NCBI GenBank assembly: GCA_020184695.1
Contig: JAANOX010000126.1
Coordinates: forward strand, 496,001 to 560,000
Source of the DNA: Histomonas meleagridis 2922-C6/04-290x
Taxonomy: Eukaryota > Protista > Parabasalia
Direction: 5' to 3'
Length of the DNA: 64,000 bases
Shown piece by piece: positions 20,517 to 31,110 of the stretch (within the stretch, counting starts at the first letter, position 1; each line of letters starts with the position of its first letter). The notes below the pieces were generated by a model that saw only the letters and a program-made list of their open reading frames with translations, did not search any database and was not told the DNA's origin. Made by a program: the position numbers and the translations under genes.

Positions 20517-23500
20517 ATGAGTGATACATTGCCTTGGCGCAATACTTCAATTGAAAAATGGCTCGAAGACATGATATCTTCATGCGTTTCTACAACAGAA
20601 ATTATGGGAATAAAAAACAGTACTAAACAACTCTTATTATCTGAGCAAGATAATGATTCATTACAATTTCCTTTATTTGAGTTATTGGGTGATCAATCAT
20701 TTGATGTAATTGAATCTCTTTTAAATAATCGAGCAGAAATAATTAAAGAACTTCAATCAAATCAAAGTCCATCAAAGAAACCAGATACTAAAAATACTAA
20801 AAACCAAGCACAAAAATCAAATGTTCCTTTGTCAAGAGGCTCACGTTTTGTTCAAACAGATAGTATTAATGCAATACGTTATGATGTTGAAGCAACAACT
20901 TTAGAAAGACCTAGAGTTGATAGGGTGCCTATTAAAAATTTACCTGATTGGGCTCAAAGATGTTTTACTGGTTGTTCAGAACTTAATGATATTCAATCCA
21001 CAGTATATGAAACAGCTTTCCATACCAATGAAAACATGTTAATCTGTGCACCGACAGGCGCTGGTAAGACAAATGTAGCATTACTTACAATTCTTCATGA
21101 GTTAGAAAAGAATTTAATTCATATTCCAGGTGTACCACCATTTATTGATAAAAATTCCAATACGTTAATAGTTTATCTTACACCTATGAAAGCTTTAGCA
21201 ACAGAAATTACCACTAAATTTACTCAAGCTCTTAAACCATTACGTGTAGGAGTTCGAGAATACACTGGTGATACACGAATTTCTAGTTCTGAATTAGAAA
21301 GATCACAAGTATTAATAGCTACACCTGAAAAATGGGATGTAGCCACTCGACGATCAGGCGAAGGGGCACCCTGTTCTCGATTGACACTTTTGATCATAGA
21401 TGAAATTCACTTACTTCAAGATGCTAGAGGACCTGTAATTGAAGCCATAGTTGCAAGGACATTACGACAAGTTGAACAAACACAATCCATGATCCGAATT
21501 GTAGGCTTATCAGCAACGTTACCTAATGCTTATGATGTAGCTAATTTCTTAAAAGTAGGAGATAATGGACTTTATATTTTTGGTCCTGAATTTCGACCAG
21601 TTCCATTAGCCATGACATTAATAGGTACCAAGAACACCTTTAAAACTCCATATGAATATAAAGAAGTTTTTGAAGAAGTATATGAGCCAGGGAAAGAAAA
21701 AGATGTATGTCAAATCGACATTATTGCACTTGATTTAATCAAAGATATCTTATTACAAAATCAACAAGTATTAGTTTTTGTTCATACCCGTGGAGAGACT
21801 GCACGTTTTGCCAATTTATTAGCTCGACATCTTCGAATTAAAATCAATTCGGAGTTGTCCTTTTTATTGTCGAAACATAATCTTCAAAGTCAATTAAAAG
21901 AATGTTTATCTAAAGGAATTGGTATTCATCATGCAGGGTTACCACGAAAAGATCGCTTATTTGTCGAGAAACTATTTCGAAACAATACATTTTCGATCTT
22001 AATCTGTACAGCAACATTAGCATGGGGCGTTAACTTACCAGCGCATACAGTTATTATTAAAGACACAAAAGTATATAATCATGAAAATGGAGGATTTGAA
22101 GATATCGGTATATTAGATGTACATCAAATGTTTGGACGTGCAGGTAGACCACAATTTGATCGAACAGGCCAAGCGATATTAATTGGTACATCGAAAGTAT
22201 TACCTCGATATATTAGTACATTAATTAAAGCAGAATCGATTGAATCGAAATTTGATGAAAAAATGACGGATTTCTTAAATGCCGAAATCTCATTAGGTAC
22301 TGTTACATGTATTAAAGATGCAATTAATTGGATTCGATATACATTTATGTATCAACGTAATCCTAATGATTCATTATGTATCCAAAAACTTGATAATTCT
22401 ATACGTATTTTAAATGAAAATTATATGATACGAACATCAATAGCTACTGAATCATTACAACCGACACATTTAGGACAAGTCGCATCAATGCATTATATAC
22501 CAGTAACAGCTATCTCATATTTTAATGAGAACTTTAAAGATGATATGGATGAATCAGAATTATTAGATTGTGTATTTAGTTCGGGTATATTTGATTCATT
22601 AATAGTCCGACAAAATGAACTTGATGATTTAGATAACTTTAAACCTATTATACCATTAGTATCACCTGTTGATGAAATTAGTGGTAAAGTTAATGTATTA
22701 TTTCAATCATATGTTTCAAAATATCAATTTAAAACACCATCATTAGGTTTAGATCAAATTTGGATATCAGATAATTTACAAAGAGTTTTCGATGCAATAT
22801 TTGAATTATGTATTCAAAGAGGTTTATGTAACTTAGCAATGTTTTCATTAAATGTATGTAAAATGGTCGAACATCAAATGTGTTGGTTTGATTATAAAAA
22901 AGATAATCCTTTAGTACAAATCTTAAAAGGAAATAAAAATTTAATATTAAACAAAAGGATTCAAATGTTAGACTTAACAATCGATAAACTTAAAAATATG
23001 AATATAAATGAAGCTAAAGCTTTATTAAGATCAGATCAAGCAGCTGTTGATGCTATTAATGCAGCACGTAAATTCCCATGTTTAAACTTAGGTGTAACTT
23101 ATCAACCAATGTCTGATGAAATCATTAATTTATGTATCGAAGTAATCTTTCCTTTTATATGGGATCATACTGTTGTACATGATTTAGAAGACTTTTGGTT
23201 ATTTATACAAGATACTAATGGTGATAAAATGTATCATAGTGAAGAATTTCAAATCGATAAACGTTTAGCTAAGGATGGAATTACATTAAATATATTAGTA
23301 CCAATCTCTAAAACTAATTCTTATATTGTTAAAATTACTTCAGTCCGATTTTTAGGTGTTGAAGATATGCAACAAATTAATATTAAAGATGCTGATAAAT
23401 TAACATTCCAAAAACATTTAAATACTGCACCACGTTTAAGACCTTTAAATACGAATATTATTGAAAATGAAAAAACTAAAGCATTATTCCCATTTAAGAA

Positions 23501-26500
23501 ATTTAATTTAATTCAATCACAATTATTTTTCCAAACTTATCATACAGATCAATCATTACTTTTATGTGCACCTACAGCAGCAGGTAAAACAGTAATTGCA
23601 GAATTAGCTATATCTCGAATGTTAGAGAATAATAATTTTGAAAAAGCAGTATATTTAGTACCATTAAAATCTATAGTACAAGAACGAGTTAATGATTGGA
23701 AAAATAAATTTGGGAATTTAATCATAGAATTAACAGGAGATTATACACCAGATTCAGAATCAATCACAAAATCTCGAATTATTATATCTACACCTGAAAA
23801 ATGGGATGCAGTATCACGAGGTTTTATCGTTAGACAATTTGTACAATATGTTTCTTTATTAATATTAGATGAAGTACATTTATTAGGTACAGATAGAGGT
23901 CATATTATTGAAGCAGTAGTTAATCGTATGAAATCAATTAATTTAAACTTACGTATTATAGGTTTATCTACAATATTAAGTAATCCTTTAGATGTTGGTA
24001 AATTTTTAGGTATACAAAATAATGGAATTTATAACTTTTCACCTTCTTTACGTACAGTCCCATTAATGACATTCATTAGAGGTTTCCCAGGTCGACATTA
24101 TTGTGCACGAATGGCAGCAATGAACAAACCTTTATCCGATGCAATATTAGAACATTCTAAAGGTAAGCCAACATTAGTTTTTGTACCATCACGTCGACAA
24201 ACACGTTTAACAGCATTAGATTTAATATCTTATGCTAATACATCAGGGCAACCATTTATTTATGTAACAAAAGAAGCTACGTTAGCATCTAAAGAAGTTA
24301 TTGATCAAGATTTAGCACATTGTTTAACATTTGGAGTTGGATTACATCATGCAGGTATGTTAACACATGATTTAAATATTATTGAGAAGTTATTTGAAGA
24401 AGGTAATTTGAAATTATTAATAGCTACTTCTACTTTAGCTTGGGGAGTTAATTTACCAGCACATTTTGTTATTATTAAAGGCACCGAATATTTCGATGCT
24501 AAAAGTTGTGGATTTAAACCTTATACTATTACTGAATTACAACAAATGATGGGTAGAGCAGGTCGACCACAATTTGATAAGCAAGGAATTGTTATGATCT
24601 TTTGTGAAGAATCACGGAAAGATTTCATTAAGAAGTTCATTAATTCACCATTTCCAGTTGAGTCATCATTATTAAGTAATATTTATGATCATGTTAATGC
24701 CGAAATTAGTAATGGACGAATTAATTCCAAGAAATCATTAATTGATTGGATTAATAATACATATTTTGCATTACGATTAAATTCTAATCCTAAATATTAT
24801 AATAATATTACAATAGATGAAGTTGCAGATAATACTATACAAATATTACAAGATAGTTATTGTTGTGAAATGAATATAGATAAAATCATTAAGCCAACAA
24901 TAGCAGGTAAAATAGGATCAATATTTTATGTATCATATAAAACTATTCGATTATTTATGAATAATATTAATAACTCACAAAATATTATTGACGTATTATA
25001 TTTCTTATGTCAATCAGATGAATTTAAAGATGTCCCAATTAGACATAATGAAGATTTATTAATAGCTAATATGAAGCCACGTTATAAATGTGATGGTTTA
25101 ATGGATTCACCTTTTACTAAGACATATTATATGATTCAATATTATTTAAGTCATCAAAAAATGCCTATTCCTGATTTCGATAATGATTTATCTTCAGTAC
25201 TTGATCAAATACTTCGAATTGTTGGTTGTTATATCGAAATATGTGCAATCCAAAATAACTTAAATGGAATGATAAATGCAATTTTAATAGGGCAAATGAT
25301 TACACAAGGATTATGGTGGGATGATGTACCATTTAAAACATTAATTAATCAAAAGACTTATGATGAATTAAAGAAAAATAATATCGATACATTACCTAAA
25401 ATGTTATTAATGAATACAAATAATTCTGAAATTCAATTAGTTAAAGATCGAGTTTTGTTTTATAAAGTTTCAAATATTGATATAAATGAAAATAAATATA
25501 ATATAAATATCGAAATTAATCGAATATCAGGTAAATTCGGTAGTAATGTAATATCACCACATTTCTTACGTAAACAAATTCAATCATTATATATATTAAT
25601 CGGTGATCCTGATACTAAAGAAATGATTTGTCATCGAAGAATACAATTAAAGAAAGATAAAATGTTAATAAAATTAACTACAAAAGAACCAATAAAAGAT
25701 AATTATTGGATATATTTGTTCGCTGACGCTTATATCGGTATCGATCAAATGTATTCAATTGCAAAGACACAAAATTTGGATAAATTAACAAAGAAAGAAA
25801 GAGAAGTGAAAAAGGACTTAAATGATAATAATCAAATGGAAGATGACATTGATTACTTTTGGGGTAATGAGAATAGAAATGATGAAGAAGAAGAAAGTGC
25901 GGAACAATACGGAGACTTGTACCAAATTAATGAGGAAAACAATGAAAATAAAAATAAGAAACAAGTGAAAGTGCAAAGAGGAAAAGGAGGAAAAGTAAAC
26001 ATAGAAATAGGAAAAAGAAATAACAATAACAACAGCGAAAGAAGAAATAACAATAACAGATTTAACTACAGCGCTAGTGATAACAAGGAACAAAGTAATA
26101 AATCGAATGACAACAAAGAAAGAAAAGGCAATAACAATAACAACAACAGATTTAACTACAGCGCTAGTGATAACAAAGAACAAAATGAAAGAAATAGTAA
26201 TACATCGAATGATAACAAAGAAAGAAAAGGCAATAACAACAATAACAATCGATTTAACTATAGTACGAATGATAATAAGGAACAAAGTAATAAATCGAAG
26301 GGAAACAACAACAGATTTAACTACAGCAGTAACGAAAGTGCACAAAAGCCACCAAATGTCGAACGAAGAGGAAATGGAAACAACAGATTTAACTACAGCA
26401 GCAGCGAAAGTAACGAACAAAGTGCAAACAATGAGAGAAGAGGAAATGGAAACAAAAGATCCAATGCATACAGAGGAGGCAGGCCGAACAGCCGCGGAAG

Positions 26501-26522
26501 GAGAAGAGGCGGACCGCAGTGA
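20517..26522 (+). CDS. ASCC3: ASCC3/Slh1-like tandem Ski2-family helicase with an Asn-rich C-terminal extension
   Basis: Two helicase cassettes (APTGAGKT / DEIH / HHAGL / QMFGRAGRPQFD and APTAAGKT / DEVH / HHAGM / QMMGRAGRPQFD) plus Sec63-like regions. GFPGRHYCARMAAMNKP matches ASCC3 rather than Brr2. Confidence 0.88.
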   Translation: MSDTLPWRNTSIEKWLEDMISSCVSTTEIMGIKNSTKQLLLSEQDNDSLQFPLFELLGDQSFDVIESLLNNRAEIIKELQSNQSPSKKPDTKNTKNQAQKSNVPLSRGSRFVQTDSINAIRYDVEATTLERPRVDRVPIKNLPDWAQRCFTGCSELNDIQSTVYETAFHTNENMLICAPTGAGKTNVALLTILHELEKNLIHIPGVPPFIDKNSNTLIVYLTPMKALATEITTKFTQALKPLRVGVREYTGDTRISSSELERSQVLIATPEKWDVATRRSGEGAPCSRLTLLIIDEIHLLQDARGPVIEAIVARTLRQVEQTQSMIRIVGLSATLPNAYDVANFLKVGDNGLYIFGPEFRPVPLAMTLIGTKNTFKTPYEYKEVFEEVYEPGKEKDVCQIDIIALDLIKDILLQNQQVLVFVHTRGETARFANLLARHLRIKINSELSFLLSKHNLQSQLKECLSKGIGIHHAGLPRKDRLFVEKLFRNNTFSILICTATLAWGVNLPAHTVIIKDTKVYNHENGGFEDIGILDVHQMFGRAGRPQFDRTGQAILIGTSKVLPRYISTLIKAESIESKFDEKMTDFLNAEISLGTVTCIKDAINWIRYTFMYQRNPNDSLCIQKLDNSIRILNENYMIRTSIATESLQPTHLGQVASMHYIPVTAISYFNENFKDDMDESELLDCVFSSGIFDSLIVRQNELDDLDNFKPIIPLVSPVDEISGKVNVLFQSYVSKYQFKTPSLGLDQIWISDNLQRVFDAIFELCIQRGLCNLAMFSLNVCKMVEHQMCWFDYKKDNPLVQILKGNKNLILNKRIQMLDLTIDKLKNMNINEAKALLRSDQAAVDAINAARKFPCLNLGVTYQPMSDEIINLCIEVIFPFIWDHTVVHDLEDFWLFIQDTNGDKMYHSEEFQIDKRLAKDGITLNILVPISKTNSYIVKITSVRFLGVEDMQQINIKDADKLTFQKHLNTAPRLRPLNTNIIENEKTKALFPFKKFNLIQSQLFFQTYHTDQSLLLCAPTAAGKTVIAELAISRMLENNNFEKAVYLVPLKSIVQERVNDWKNKFGNLIIELTGDYTPDSESITKSRIIISTPEKWDAVSRGFIVRQFVQYVSLLILDEVHLLGTDRGHIIEAVVNRMKSINLNLRIIGLSTILSNPLDVGKFLGIQNNGIYNFSPSLRTVPLMTFIRGFPGRHYCARMAAMNKPLSDAILEHSKGKPTLVFVPSRRQTRLTALDLISYANTSGQPFIYVTKEATLASKEVIDQDLAHCLTFGVGLHHAGMLTHDLNIIEKLFEEGNLKLLIATSTLAWGVNLPAHFVIIKGTEYFDAKSCGFKPYTITELQQMMGRAGRPQFDKQGIVMIFCEESRKDFIKKFINSPFPVESSLLSNIYDHVNAEISNGRINSKKSLIDWINNTYFALRLNSNPKYYNNITIDEVADNTIQILQDSYCCEMNIDKIIKPTIAGKIGSIFYVSYKTIRLFMNNINNSQNIIDVLYFLCQSDEFKDVPIRHNEDLLIANMKPRYKCDGLMDSPFTKTYYMIQYYLSHQKMPIPDFDNDLSSVLDQILRIVGCYIEICAIQNNLNGMINAILIGQMITQGLWWDDVPFKTLINQKTYDELKKNNIDTLPKMLLMNTNNSEIQLVKDRVLFYKVSNIDINENKYNINIEINRISGKFGSNVISPHFLRKQIQSLYILIGDPDTKEMICHRRIQLKKDKMLIKLTTKEPIKDNYWIYLFADAYIGIDQMYSIAKTQNLDKLTKKEREVKKDLNDNNQMEDDIDYFWGNENRNDEEEESAEQYGDLYQINEENNENKNKKQVKVQRGKGGKVNIEIGKRNNNNNSERRNNNNRFNYSASDNKEQSNKSNDNKERKGNNNNNNRFNYSASDNKEQNERNSNTSNDNKERKGNNNNNNRFNYSTNDNKEQSNKSKGNNNRFNYSSNESAQKPPNVERRGNGNNRFNYSSSESNEQSANNERRGNGNKRSNAYRGGRPNSRGRRRGGPQ
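26035..26460 (+). repeat. Coding imperfect tandem repeat, five NRFNYS units
   Basis: AACAGATTTAACTACAGC or close variants occur five times between ~26055 and ~26400. Confidence 0.9.
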
Positions 26523-26728
26523 GTCCGCGTTTGTTGTGTAAACCTTTTGAATATAACTTTTTTGATTTTCACTCTCTGCGCAATTGGAATAATCTCTGCG
26601 ACTTATTGAGGTCTGATTCAGTGCAAATTTCGATGTTATTTCTTTAAGCTTTTGATCATTTGATGACATTTTATATTTTTTATCAATTTTTTTGACTTTT
26701 TTAACCGTCGTTATACGTTTTTTTAATC

Positions 26729-28690
26729 ATGTCAAGCGAAAATATCAAAGTTGTTGTGAGATGTCGTCCACTATCTCAAAAAGAAATTAATAATAAGTGT
26801 GTTGAAGACATTACAATGAACGTTCCAGCTTCAACAGTTTATCTACAAAAAAAACCTGGTGATCCAAATCCAAAGAGTTTTGTTTTTAACTCAGTTTTTC
26901 CAAACAATGCAACACAAAAAGATATATATGATATAGCTGCTAGACCAATTGTTGAATCAGTTCTCGAAGGATATAACGGAACAATTTTTGCATATGGTCA
27001 AACTGGTACTGGTAAAACATACACTATGGAAGGTGATATCAAAGTTGAAGAAAACAAAGGTATCATTCTTCATGCATTTGATCATATTTTTGCACACATT
27101 TCGAAAGAAAAAAACAAATCTTTCTTAGTCCATGCCTCTTTCTTACAAATTTACATGGAAGATGTCACTGATTTACTTGGTGATCCAAAAAAGAAATTAC
27201 ATATTCGTCAAATTCAAGAAGAGCCAATTCGAGTTCTTGGTCTTTCTGAGCACATTGTTAAAAACCCTCAAGAAACAGTCCAAGTTCTTGAAAATGGTAA
27301 AAAAAATCGTAAGACAGGTGAAACCTCAATGAATAGAGAAAGTTCTCGAAGCCACTCCATATTCACAATTACAGTCGAACAACAAGATTCCGATGGGTTA
27401 GTTCGTGTTGGGAAGCTCAATTTAGTTGATCTTGCCGGCAGCGAACGTTTAGCAAAAACGAATGCAACCGGCCAAACCGCCAAAGAAGGAGCCAAAATCA
27501 ACCAGTCTCTTCTCGCACTTGGTAATGTTATATCTGCATTAGTTACAGGCTCTAAACATATTGCATATCGTGATTCCAAGCTTACTCAATTACTTCAAGA
27601 CTCACTTGGTGGTAATTCCAAAACTGTCATGGTCGCAACCATTGGTCCAGCTGATTATAACTATGAAGAGACATATTCCACATTAATGTATGCAACACGA
27701 GCACGTGATATTAAGAACAAGCCCAAAATCAATGAAGATCCAAAAGATGCTTTACTTGGACAACTTAAAGCACAAATTGAAGCACTTAAGAAGCAACTTG
27801 AAGAACGTAATGCTGGTACAGCAGGAGATGGTATCTATGTTGGTGATAATGAATATCTTAAAGAAATCGAAGCACAACATCAAAAGCAACTCCAAGCCAT
27901 TATGGCTGAGAAGAACGTCAATGAAGAGCAACGCCAAAAGATGAAAGAAGCGCTTGATCAAGAATATGAAAAACAGAAACAAACAAAAGCTGAAAGTGAA
28001 GAGCTCAAAAACAAGATCCAAATCATGGAAAACTCTGTACTTGTTGGAGGTGTTAATCTTGTCGACAAAGCCAAGCAACAAGAAGAGGAAATCCGCGCCA
28101 ACGAAAGTAAGAAACGGCAACTTCAAGAAGAGCAACGTCGACTTGAAGAGCAAAAGAAGCAACAAGAAGAGCAAATGTTACTTGTTGAGAAGAAGTCGAA
28201 ATCTCTTAAAGAAGAGTACACATCGAAGATCCAACAGATCAAGAAAATCCGACCGATGATTAAAGAGATGGAAGAATCGATAGAAGACATACAGAAGCAA
28301 TATGTCCGCGAGAAAGAAGAGCAAACAACGCAAATCAACACGCTCGATATCCAACTTAAACTACTGAAGAAAATTGCGGAAAGTTTCATTCCGAATGATC
28401 AAATCGAATTAATTATGAAACATTGTCGTTACGATGAATCAAACCAAAAATGTACAATAGATAACATGGATAAGGCAGGATGTCATAGGAAGGTAGAGGA
28501 GATACAAGAAGAGGAAAGCATATTCATACAAGGAATAGACGGAGCGGTGATGGGCGGAAGGAAGTCAACGCCAACAGCGGAAATGGTCCAGAAGAAGGCA
28601 GAGATACAAAAGAAAAGACAAAGGGCGGCGCATAGAATGCTGAACGAATTCGCTCTGTCGGACTCTCTCGAGCAGAAAATAAATAATTAA
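26729..28690 (+). CDS. Kinesin-2 (KIF3-like) motor
   Basis: IKVVVRCRP, GQTGTGKT, SSRSH, LNLVDLAGSER and YRDSKLT. The neck NKPKINEDPKDALL is typical of kinesin-2, and a coiled-coil stalk follows. Confidence 0.9.
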   Translation: MSSENIKVVVRCRPLSQKEINNKCVEDITMNVPASTVYLQKKPGDPNPKSFVFNSVFPNNATQKDIYDIAARPIVESVLEGYNGTIFAYGQTGTGKTYTMEGDIKVEENKGIILHAFDHIFAHISKEKNKSFLVHASFLQIYMEDVTDLLGDPKKKLHIRQIQEEPIRVLGLSEHIVKNPQETVQVLENGKKNRKTGETSMNRESSRSHSIFTITVEQQDSDGLVRVGKLNLVDLAGSERLAKTNATGQTAKEGAKINQSLLALGNVISALVTGSKHIAYRDSKLTQLLQDSLGGNSKTVMVATIGPADYNYEETYSTLMYATRARDIKNKPKINEDPKDALLGQLKAQIEALKKQLEERNAGTAGDGIYVGDNEYLKEIEAQHQKQLQAIMAEKNVNEEQRQKMKEALDQEYEKQKQTKAESEELKNKIQIMENSVLVGGVNLVDKAKQQEEEIRANESKKRQLQEEQRRLEEQKKQQEEQMLLVEKKSKSLKEEYTSKIQQIKKIRPMIKEMEESIEDIQKQYVREKEEQTTQINTLDIQLKLLKKIAESFIPNDQIELIMKHCRYDESNQKCTIDNMDKAGCHRKVEEIQEEESIFIQGIDGAVMGGRKSTPTAEMVQKKAEIQKKRQRAAHRMLNEFALSDSLEQKINN

Positions 28691-28829
28691 AAATGTGAAA
28701 TTTTGTTGTTTTGAATCATAAAAGAAATTTTAGATATGAAGTTGTCAAAGAAAAAATGTGAAAATAATTATTTGGAATTAATATGAGAATAAAATATTAA
28801 GTTTAACTATAGTAATTGAATTATTTGAT

Positions 28830-29200
28830 TTTTTGCTAGAACATGAAGAATTTGTGTTATTTAAATTTTGTTCTGATATTTTGTGATTTCAATATAATAT
28901 TTGGAAATTATTTAAATTATTTTGTACAACACTTATGAATGCATCAAAAAAGGGTATACAGAAATAGTTAAATTACTTTATGAAATTGCTTATATACACT
29001 ATCATGCAAAAATCATTAAATTACTTACTTCACAAAAGAAAATTGACATTGACGCACAAAATATTCATTTGTTTTAATTAATTTTTATTTTAATGATATA
29101 TTAAAATAATGCTTCGAAATTATTTAAATTATTCGAGGCAGCATTTATGTGAGCATCTTGTTTTGGTAAGAGAGAAATAGTTAAAATACTACATGACAAA
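28830..29200 (+). pseudogene. Decayed ankyrin-cassette/spacer array fragment
   Basis: Contains TTLMNASKKG, EIVKLL, IDIDAQN, a 75-nt spacer, then AAFM*ASCFGKREIVK, plus the spacer motif ATAATATTTGGAAATTATTTAAATTATT. There is a stop and a frameshift inside the cassettes. Confidence 0.8.
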
Positions 29201-29539
29201 AATTATTAATATTAATTCTCAAAATTAAATCAAATTTATATTATAAAATTTATATGATTTAATTGTTTATAAAATTTGATGTTTTAATCCATTTTTTATG
29301 GGATTAAAACATCCATCCTCGAGAGTGTTATTACGATTACCTCATCAGTGAAATTCATTGAACTGACTTCAATTTTGAACAAAACAAGTTGTTTCCAAAT
29401 CAGTACATGAAAAAAAATTATCAGATAAATAGAAATAAAAAGAAAAGTTACAAATAAGAAATTTTTACATATACTTATTAAGAGAAAACATATTTGATAT
29501 TTCAGAATAGCAGAAGGAATTCTGTGAGAAATGAACTTT

Positions 29540-30943
29540 CTATTTCGAATTTTCTTCTTCCACAACAAACAGTTCCGTCAAGCCATAAAGTGAATTTTCG
29601 ATTTCATCTTCCGAATCATATATCGTTTTTAATATATTTTCGATTCCGTTTTCTTTAAAATTATCGATTAACAAAGGGAATCTATGCAATGACATTGCGA
29701 TTGTCTTCAAAGTGATGTTTAATATTTCCAAATCATTGATCTGAAGCGCATCGACCAAATCAATGATAACATTCATTTTTACTGCGATTAAACAACACTC
29801 ATTCGTACAACCTAAAAACAATGAATATATTAATCTCAAAATATGTTCTTTTAACTTAAAAGGACCATTTCTCAGAAGAGATAAAACGTTATCAAGCATT
29901 ATTTGATATTCTTTCATATCTTTAAATTGTCCATTATTTGCTTTAATCGATTTTCTTATCATATCAATCACTAATTCATTTGGGATTTTTAGCTTAAAGA
30001 ATTGGTTCAAGTTTTTGAGTGGAAATATGCTATCGTCAGATACAAAAAATATTTGAATTTGGAATTCAACGAAATCTTTTTGAATGTTTTGTTTTTTTAA
30101 TTTGAATAAAAATGAAGTAATTGAATCAAAGCATTCAAATATTGTCTGATGTGATTCGTTGTAATCAGGCGACGTTAAAAACACCGATAAAGAATGAAAC
30201 AACGATGAATTTAATATGATGCTGTATTGCTCAATTCCAAGCTCAACGATTTGGGAGATGGTTCTTGAGATGTACTTGATACACTGGTTACTTATGTCGT
30301 CACGTTTATTAAGAACATCTTTGAGTATTGGAATGAGTTCGCTAATGTTGTCTGTTGTGCTATAAAGAATAAGATTACAAATGCAAAATAATGACATTTC
30401 AACAACGCACATGTCTGTGGAATATAAATGTTGAATTAGATTTTGAGGTTCAATTTGGCTTAATAGTTGGCTAAAATTAGTTTTGCCAATAATTGGTATA
30501 ATGTTGCCAAATGCATGAAATGCTAAGTATGAACCTGAAGCAAGATGACGATTAAGAATGGAAAAAAATGGAGGATTCAAAAGAATTGGATTTGGCAAAT
30601 CAGTAACATATGTATAACTGATAATAAAACAAAGAATGCTATCATTAATACACTCTATGTTTTGCAAAAATATATCATGAATAAACTCTAAAAAATGTAA
30701 TCGAGAAATAATTTCAATGCATTGTTTGTGTTTGCTTAGAAGTAATCGAGATATATTAAATAAGTGATCTATTAAAATTTTAAATTGACTTGATTGATAA
30801 AAAGTTTGGCAAGATTTTATTAAATCAATAAATTCATGGGTCATCTCTTCTTCGTTTAGGCTCTCTTCTAGTGGTTTCCCCCATGTGTCAGATATTTTTC
30901 GGATATAATCTTTTGGAACAAGTTTATACCCAATTTCCATCAC
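29540..30943 (-). CDS. ARM/HEAT-like helical hypothetical protein; ATG at 30940
   Basis: 467-aa ORF with an L/I/F-rich amphipathic helical pattern. Confidence 0.6.
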   Translation of the reverse strand: MMEIGYKLVPKDYIRKISDTWGKPLEESLNEEEMTHEFIDLIKSCQTFYQSSQFKILIDHLFNISRLLLSKHKQCIEIISRLHFLEFIHDIFLQNIECINDSILCFIISYTYVTDLPNPILLNPPFFSILNRHLASGSYLAFHAFGNIIPIIGKTNFSQLLSQIEPQNLIQHLYSTDMCVVEMSLFCICNLILYSTTDNISELIPILKDVLNKRDDISNQCIKYISRTISQIVELGIEQYSIILNSSLFHSLSVFLTSPDYNESHQTIFECFDSITSFLFKLKKQNIQKDFVEFQIQIFFVSDDSIFPLKNLNQFFKLKIPNELVIDMIRKSIKANNGQFKDMKEYQIMLDNVLSLLRNGPFKLKEHILRLIYSLFLGCTNECCLIAVKMNVIIDLVDALQINDLEILNITLKTIAMSLHRFPLLIDNFKENGIENILKTIYDSEDEIENSLYGLTELFVVEEENSK

Positions 30944-31110
30944 ATCGGCAAAAGTGGCAAATAAGCTGTTTTAAACGCACGTTAATTTTTTTTCTCATGG
31001 AAATCAGCAGTTATTATAGTATAGAGTTGAAAAGTTTTACTAAAATTATAAAATTTTTATTAATAAAAACAAGTGGACGCATTAAAGTTAAGTTATAACA
31101 TTCTAAATAT

